Positions 58,252 through 64,000 of a stretch of DNA of 64,000 nt are shown piece by piece. The translations under genes were made by a program, and so were the position numbers. This stretch comes from Phycisphaeraceae bacterium (GTDB taxonomy: Bacteria; Planctomycetota; Phycisphaerae; Phycisphaerales; Phycisphaeraceae). The notes beneath the pieces were generated by a model that saw only the letters and a list, made by a program, of their open reading frames with translations, was not told the DNA's origin and did no database searches. Location of the stretch: assembly GCA_963674705.1 (NCBI GenBank), contig OY771506.1, positions 1,280,001 through 1,344,000 on the forward strand, given 5' to 3'. Positions within the stretch are counted from its first letter, which is position 1. Each line of letters opens with the position of its first letter.

Positions 58252-58857
58252 TTAAGGCAAAATGCTTTGAGGCGTCTCGACGCCGTTGAACCGCATCCAT
58301 CGTATATCAACCACGCGCCATGCGCCGTCGTCGCCGTTGCGTTCCCAACGTAAACGCCAACCCGTGTTGACCTGTCCGCTGCCGGTGCCGGCTTCGGTAT
58401 GCACGGTGACAACCGATTCGCCCCAGTTACCTTCATGAGCGATCGCATCAAGATAGCGGATACTTTGGCTGGCGATCGCTCTGCGGTTGGCGACGCTGTT
58501 AAGTCGCGGCAAAACATCGCCCGCGTTCACCCAGACACCGCCGTTCGGCCCGGTGACGACAGCGTTTAGATCGACCAATCGATTCAACACAGCCGAATCA
58601 AGCGGCGCGGTCGCCTGGACGAGGTTGCGCGTGTTGGTCATGAGTTGTTCGCGGTCGGTCGTGACCAGGTTGGAAAGCAGATACACGCCGCCGGCGATCG
58701 CGACGGCGACGAAGCCGGCAATGAGCAAACCCGTTTTTTGTCGGCGTTGGCCGGACATAAAAAGGATCAGCGCCGCGACCAGGCAAACGATCATCACCGC
58801 CCAGGGCGATTCGAACAGCAGCACATCAAACAGCGACGGTGAATCCAGTTGCATCAC
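58252..58857 (-). CDS. Hypothetical membrane protein with NTF2/SnoaL-like C-terminal domain
   Basis: Two TM helices, VTTDREQL and terminal WER...WRVVDI. Confidence 0.6.
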   Translation of the reverse strand: MMQLDSPSLFDVLLFESPWAVMIVCLVAALILFMSGQRRQKTGLLIAGFVAVAIAGGVYLLSNLVTTDREQLMTNTRNLVQATAPLDSAVLNRLVDLNAVVTGPNGGVWVNAGDVLPRLNSVANRRAIASQSIRYLDAIAHEGNWGESVVTVHTEAGTGSGQVNTGWRLRWERNGDDGAWRVVDIRWMRFNGVETPQSILP

Positions 58858-58938
58858 TACATCTTTGCGGTGCGGCAGGCATTAGGCAAATCCAGAGAAG
58901 AATTGAATTTAGGCGCGCACATCCGGGCCGCGTGAATC

Positions 58939-58967
58939 TCAAGCAAAGCATGACTTTGTTCCGATAA
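58939..58967 (+). promoter_or_regulatory. Candidate sigma-28 (FliA-type) promoter
   Basis: TCAAG-N16-TCCGATAA, 12 bp before the maf-like start. Confidence 0.4.
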
Positions 58968-58979
58968 CACCTAGACGAT

Positions 58980-60923
58980 ATGTCCAAACCAAACGACATT
59001 CTGGCGAAGAATCTGACATTGCTGGCGCGCCTGGACCCGGAGCTGGCGGAGCGGATCAAGAATGCTGAGCCGGCGGAGCTTAACTGGTGCGAATCCAAGG
59101 CCGGTCCGTTGACCGCGAGCATCGAGTACAACGGCCGACCGCTTTGGCTGGCGAGCCGATACGACCCCGAAAAGGAAGCCGACAAACTCGTTTCCAGCAT
59201 TGAGCATGAGAAGTCCGCGTGTGTTGTAGTGCTAGGTTTGGGCTTGGGTTATCACGTTTTAGAGCTGGCCAAGGACATGGGGCCGCGTGGCGTGATGGTC
59301 GTGTATGAGCCGGATGTCCGCATCTGGCGTGCAGCCTTGGAAAAGATCAACCACATCAGTTGGCTTATCCGCCCCGAGCTTGTGTGTGCCGACAGCCAGA
59401 CCGATCGTGCCGGGCTGACGACGCGCCTCGACAAGCATGCCGCGACGATCACGCAGGGCACACACCTGCTGACCCACCCCCCTACCCGTCAACGTAACCC
59501 CGAGCAGTTAAAAGACTTCAGCCAAATGGTCGCGGAGGTGCTGGCGTTCTGCAGGACCAATGTCGCGACCGCTTTGGTCAACGCCGCACGCACCTGCCGG
59601 AACCTCGCCAGTAACATCGACCACTACGCAGCGGGCAACAGTACGGATGAACTGATCGACGCCGCGAAGGGATACCCCGCCATCTGCGTGGCTGCGGGCC
59701 CGAGCCTGGTGAAGAATGTCGACCTGCTTCAGGACCCCGACAAGCGGAGCAAGGTCGTGGTCATCGCTGCGCAGACCGCGCTTAAGCCTTTACTTGCTAG
59801 AGGCATACGTCCGGACTTCGTTACCGCATTGGATTACTCGCACATCTCCAGCCGGTTCTACGAAAACCTGCCCGATTTACCGGATGTAACGCTGGTTGCT
59901 GAACCCAAGGCCCACCGTGCGATCCTTGAAGGCTTCCCGGGGCCGATCCGTGTGGCGCACTCGCAGTTCAACGAGATCCTCCTCGGCGATATGTCGCGCA
60001 AGCGTACGCCGATCAAGGCCGGCGCGACCGTCGCGCACCTGTCGTTCTACCTCGCCCAGCATCTGGGGTGCGATCCGATCATCTTTATTGGTCAGGATTT
60101 AGGTTTCTCAGATGGTTTGTACTACGCGCCCGGCACCGCGGTGCACCAGGTCTGGTCCAGCGAGCTGAATCCGTTCAACACCATCGAAATGATGGAGTGG
60201 CGCAGGATCGTGCGGATGAAAGGCCACCTGCGTCGAGCGGACGACATCCACGGCCGACCGATCTTCACCGACGAGCAGATGCAGACGTATCTCAAGCAGT
60301 TCGAACGCGACTTCGCCAAGAGCAGCGAGACGATCCTTGATGCGACCGAAGGCGGTGTTAAGAAAGAACATACAACCATCATCACGCTGGCTGAGGCGCT
60401 CGATCAATACGCAACGCGTGATGTGCCGCAGATTCCGATCCCGCCGCGCGAGTTGAACGCCGATCGGCTGGAGCAGGTTCGGCTGATATTGCAGCAGCGC
60501 GTCCGCGAGGTCAACGATCTGCGAAGCACAACGAAGAAGACGATCCCGATCCTGCAGCAGATGCAGGAACATCAGAAAGATAAGATCCGCATCGACAAGC
60601 TGTTCGAACGCTTGAAGAAGCTGCAGCGACACGTCGAAGAGGACCTGCCTCAGACGTTCAACCTCGTGAATGCGGTGAACACGATCGGCTCATTCAAGCG
60701 CGCCAAAGCAGATCGCGTGATCGGCCACGTAAGTCGCGATCAGTTCGACAAGCAGTCACATCAACTATCGCGCGATATCGAGAACCTTGAATGGTTGATC
60801 CAGGCATGCGATGAGGCGCTGAACATCCTTGATGAATCGCAGCAGCATGTTGTGGAAAGTTGCCGCAAGGCGTCGGGCAGAGAACCGAAGGTGGCGGCAG
60901 GTGTGAAGGTAAAGTCTGGTTGA
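58980..60923 (+). CDS. Motility-associated factor (Maf/DUF115, MptE-like) glycosyltransferase family
   Basis: Motifs LASRYDP.KEA, LGLGLGYH, AAGPSL.KN, GIRPDFV.ALD, G.TVAH and LGCDPIIFIGQDL. C-terminal helical region. Confidence 0.85.
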   Translation: MSKPNDILAKNLTLLARLDPELAERIKNAEPAELNWCESKAGPLTASIEYNGRPLWLASRYDPEKEADKLVSSIEHEKSACVVVLGLGLGYHVLELAKDMGPRGVMVVYEPDVRIWRAALEKINHISWLIRPELVCADSQTDRAGLTTRLDKHAATITQGTHLLTHPPTRQRNPEQLKDFSQMVAEVLAFCRTNVATALVNAARTCRNLASNIDHYAAGNSTDELIDAAKGYPAICVAAGPSLVKNVDLLQDPDKRSKVVVIAAQTALKPLLARGIRPDFVTALDYSHISSRFYENLPDLPDVTLVAEPKAHRAILEGFPGPIRVAHSQFNEILLGDMSRKRTPIKAGATVAHLSFYLAQHLGCDPIIFIGQDLGFSDGLYYAPGTAVHQVWSSELNPFNTIEMMEWRRIVRMKGHLRRADDIHGRPIFTDEQMQTYLKQFERDFAKSSETILDATEGGVKKEHTTIITLAEALDQYATRDVPQIPIPPRELNADRLEQVRLILQQRVREVNDLRSTTKKTIPILQQMQEHQKDKIRIDKLFERLKKLQRHVEEDLPQTFNLVNAVNTIGSFKRAKADRVIGHVSRDQFDKQSHQLSRDIENLEWLIQACDEALNILDESQQHVVESCRKASGREPKVAAGVKVKSG

Positions 60924-60967
60924 TTTTGATGATATGAGGTTGTGACGATTTGAAAACATGAAGATAC

Positions 60968-61077
60968 CCGGCCCTTCGCTTCGCTCAGAACCGGCGTTGG
61001 GGGGAGTGAAGCCGTTAGCCATTAGTCGCTAGCCATTAGCAATACGATTCATCCGATACCCGATACCCGATACCCGA
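60968..61077. repeat. Repeat family B copy plus mixed heptamers (GCCATTA-like, CCGATAC)
   Basis: Same components as the 7248-7440 block. Confidence 0.85.
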
Positions 61078-62763
61078 ATGACAGTGACCGCCCTGATACC
61101 GGTAGACCTTGAGACGAGTCGGCTGGGGCTGCGCGCTCGGTTAGCAGATAAACTTGGTAAATTCAATATCTTAGAGCACACTTTGCGGCGTGTTGCGGCC
61201 ATCGATCGTGTGGAGAAATTGGTGCTCATCCACCCGCCGGGGCAGGACCCGCAGTCGATTATCGATCAGGATCGACTCAAGCTCGGTAAGCCGGTCGTCA
61301 ATCACTTGGAGGCAGGCGGCTTGCGCGATGCGATGACGGACCATTGGGTCTCGAGCCGGCGGTGGTCGCAGCCGAACTGGCGCGGCGGTCTGGGCAGCAC
61401 TACCACATATGATGAACTCTTACCACCGGGCGGGTTATCCACCGCTCTACATGCGCATGAAGCCGACTGTGCGCTAGTCGTGCGCGCCGATTGGTGCCTG
61501 GTTTGCCCCAAGCTGGCGGGCGCTCAACTGGACCTTTTGTTCCAGGACCCGGACGCGATGAAGATGATCTTCACGCAAGCGCCGCCCGGCCTGTCGGGGA
61601 TCGCGGTGACCCAGCAGATCCTCGATCAACTCCATGAACAGTCGGCCTGCTTCGGGGACGTCATTGCGTACAGCCCGATCAAACCGCAGATCGATCCGGT
61701 CGGCCGGGATGTGAACTGCCCGATCCTTGCGTCGGTGCGCGACACGACCGAGCGATTCATCTACGACACGCCGCGCAGCATCGCGTTGATCCAGCGAATC
61801 GCAAAGCGGCTTGGCGATGATCTGCTTGATGCGGATACGAAAGCGGTTACGGATGCGTGTCGCGCAATCAAGAGCGAAGACCCGAGCTGGGTGTATCAGT
61901 GGCTGCCGCGGATGGTGACGCTTGAGTTGACGCCGCGCCGTGAAGTAAACGGCCCGGTTACGCCGCAGCATCATGTGACTTTTGAACGGCCGGACCTTGA
62001 TACGGATTTAGCGCTGCGGATTATCGAGCAGATCGCTGATGAAGAATCGGGCGGTGATGTGACGCTGCTGCTGGGCGGGCTCGGTGATGCGATGCTGCAC
62101 CCGCAGTGGCAGCGGATCGTTAACGCCGCCAAAGAAGCGGGTGTGTTCGGCGTTGGGATCGAGACGGATCTACTCGGTGAACAGGATGAAGTCGGGAAGC
62201 TGCTTGATCTGCCTTTGGACCTGGTTCTGGTTCGTTACAACGCAGACACAGCCGAGACATACAAGAAGACGATGGGCGTGGATCGGTACAAGCGTGTGCT
62301 TGAGAACCTGCAGTGGTTGTACGATCAGAAGATCAAACGTTCGCCGACGAACAAGGATGTGCGTGGCGTGATGCCCTGGCTTGTGCCTTCGATGGTGAAG
62401 ACAGCGGACACGTTGCCAGAGTTGGAGAGTTTCTTCGATAAGTGGTCGCACTACATGGGCCACGCTGTGATCGCGCCGGCATGCGAGGGTTGCGGGTTGA
62501 TGCCTGCGATGAGCCCGGTGCCGATGACGCCGCCCGATCGGCGCGTGTGTCTACAGATCACACGTCGGATGACGATCCTGTCGGACGGGATGGTGGCGCG
62601 CTGCGACCAGGACTGGTTAGCAAGAGCACCGATCGGTGATACGCGGGCGCAGACGTTGATGGATATCTGGCAAGGTTCGCGCGAAGTGGCGGAGGCACAT
62701 GCGGCGAAGCGGTTCAGTGAATTGACGATCTGCGGGGAATGCGGTGAGTGGCATCGGCCATGA
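61078..62763 (+). CDS. Cytidylyltransferase-like plus degenerate radical SAM plus SPASM protein (spiro-SPASM-like architecture)
   Basis: N-terminal ILEHTLRRV and VVRADWCLVCP. Central TLELTPRREVNGPVTP lacks CxxxCxxC but keeps GGLGDAMLHP. C-terminal CLQ...ILSDG..ARCDQD...IGD...DIW...CGEC. Confidence 0.75.
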   Translation: MTVTALIPVDLETSRLGLRARLADKLGKFNILEHTLRRVAAIDRVEKLVLIHPPGQDPQSIIDQDRLKLGKPVVNHLEAGGLRDAMTDHWVSSRRWSQPNWRGGLGSTTTYDELLPPGGLSTALHAHEADCALVVRADWCLVCPKLAGAQLDLLFQDPDAMKMIFTQAPPGLSGIAVTQQILDQLHEQSACFGDVIAYSPIKPQIDPVGRDVNCPILASVRDTTERFIYDTPRSIALIQRIAKRLGDDLLDADTKAVTDACRAIKSEDPSWVYQWLPRMVTLELTPRREVNGPVTPQHHVTFERPDLDTDLALRIIEQIADEESGGDVTLLLGGLGDAMLHPQWQRIVNAAKEAGVFGVGIETDLLGEQDEVGKLLDLPLDLVLVRYNADTAETYKKTMGVDRYKRVLENLQWLYDQKIKRSPTNKDVRGVMPWLVPSMVKTADTLPELESFFDKWSHYMGHAVIAPACEGCGLMPAMSPVPMTPPDRRVCLQITRRMTILSDGMVARCDQDWLARAPIGDTRAQTLMDIWQGSREVAEAHAAKRFSELTICGECGEWHRP

Positions 62764-63069
62764 GTCTGGGGTTGTTCACCGCAGAGGACGCTGAGAACGC
62801 AGAGAAGAAAAGAATAGGATGAAAATGTTATCCACAGATTGCGCAGATTACGCAGATTTAGGATGAGGTTGTTCGGTCCCTTCTCCCCTTGGGAGAAGGT
62901 TAGGATGAGGGCCGGGTTGATTATGCGAGCTAATAAAACCGGACACACAAAGACATCGGCCCTCACCCCGGCCCTCTCCCAAGGGGAGAGGGGGTTAGCG
63001 TTTTCTTCTTCTCCGCGATCTCTGCGTCCTCTGCGGTGAAACTCTGTTAGTTTTAGAAAGTGAAATCAG

Positions 63070-63786
63070 ATGAGCACACTGACGGTCATATTGGCGCGGG
63101 CGGGCAGCAAGGGGTTGCCGGGGAAGAACGCGCTGGAGGTGGCGGGGCGGCCGATGTTGGCGTGGACGATCGAACACGCGATCAACTCGCAACGATCCGG
63201 GCGGATTGTTTTGTCAACGGACGGCGAAGAGCTTGCGCAGGTCGGGCGGTCGATGGGGATCGGTGTGGTGCTTCGGCCTCAGGCGTATGCCAACGATACC
63301 GCGACGGTCGATAGCGCAGCGCGTCACGCGGTGCAGACGATCGAGTCGCGCACCGGCAAACGCTTCAAGAACATCGTGATCCTCTACGGCAACATCCCGG
63401 TCAGGCCCGTCGACCTGACGGACCGTGCGGTGACGAAGCTGATCGATACGGGTTGCGACAGCGTGCAGAGCGTGTACCCGGTTGAGAAGATGCACCCGTA
63501 CTGGATGAAGAAGCTTGGCGATAGCGATGAGCTATTGATGTACGAAGAAAACGAGGTGTATCGTCGTCAGGATTTGCCACCGGTGTACATGCTGGATGGC
63601 GGGATCATTGCGGTGAAAAGGCGGAGTTTGTTTACGGAAGATCTGAGTAAGCCGCACAACTTTCTGGGCAAGGACCGCCGGGCGATCGTGACGGAGCCGG
63701 GCGATGTGATTGATATTGATAGCCGGATGGATCTGCGTTTGGCGGAGCTGGTTTTGATAGAGCGTCGAAAGAGTTCGGTGGCGTAG
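63070..63786 (+). CDS. neuA: Acylneuraminate (nonulosonate) cytidylyltransferase
   Basis: Motifs ARAGSKGLPGKN, STDG, RP...A.D, RRQDLP and IDIDS..DL. Confidence 0.88.
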   Translation: MSTLTVILARAGSKGLPGKNALEVAGRPMLAWTIEHAINSQRSGRIVLSTDGEELAQVGRSMGIGVVLRPQAYANDTATVDSAARHAVQTIESRTGKRFKNIVILYGNIPVRPVDLTDRAVTKLIDTGCDSVQSVYPVEKMHPYWMKKLGDSDELLMYEENEVYRRQDLPPVYMLDGGIIAVKRRSLFTEDLSKPHNFLGKDRRAIVTEPGDVIDIDSRMDLRLAELVLIERRKSSVA

Positions 63787-63788
63787 GT

Positions 63789-64000
63789 ATGCCGAGCAAG
63801 CGCAAGACGATTGCCGTGGTGACGGGCAGCCGGGCTGAGAGCGGGCTGCTTTTGAGCACGATGCGTGCGATCGAGGCGCATCCCGATTTAACGTTGAAGG
63901 TGATTGTCGCGGGTTCGCACTTTGTGCAGTGCTCGTGGCGCGATCTGCGTGATGCGGGTCTGCCGATCGATGCGAAGGTGCGGATGCAGGTGAAGGGGAA
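63789..64000 (+). CDS. neuC: UDP-N-acetylglucosamine 2-epimerase, hydrolysing type (3' partial)
   Basis: Own translation MPSKRKTIAVVTGSRAESGLL...IVAGSHF matches the NeuC N-terminus. Follows neuA. Confidence 0.75.
   Translation, partial: MPSKRKTIAVVTGSRAESGLLLSTMRAIEAHPDLTLKVIVAGSHFVQCSWRDLRDAGLPIDAKVRMQVKG

Noticed and set aside
61078..62763. Active radical SAM RiPP maturase
   Set aside because: CxxxCxxC is absent, no precursor peptide is nearby, and the context is sugar-nucleotide metabolism.

Overview
Window from a GC-rich bacterial chromosome, most likely a Planctomycete of the Phycisphaerae type. This is inferred from three PEP-CTERM proteins, an LEPRxLL extracellular protein, dockerin-like DGFVGLDDLD repeats and CxxCxYDLxG-CPECG membrane proteins. 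It holds housekeeping genes (murC, GH57 branching enzyme, rdgB, leuC, apt, Zn/Mn ABC transporter, acyl-CoA ligase), a lower-GC Fic plus OLD-like ATPase/TOPRIM islet, a RAYT transposase and at least five interspersed repeat families. It ends in a Maf / degenerate radical SAM-SPASM / neuA / neuC cluster that probably glycosylates flagellin. The most notable unannotated structures are: (i) two convergent candidate small RNAs at 41.6-42.1 kb, each with its own promoter and terminator, one of them GGA-rich like CsrB/Rsm RNAs; (ii) a 1.4-kb single-gene unit bounded by a 46-bp direct repeat at the 3' end of yhbY; (iii) intergenic repeats read in frame inside murC and inside a C39 peptidase signal region; (iv) a duplicated rdgB 3' end flanking an ankyrin gene; (v) gene cassettes bounded by composite direct repeats at 53.6-56.9 kb. 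Several single-base frameshifts may be assembly errors. No rRNA, tRNA or CRISPR array was recognised. All family calls come from motif recognition by eye; no database search was run.
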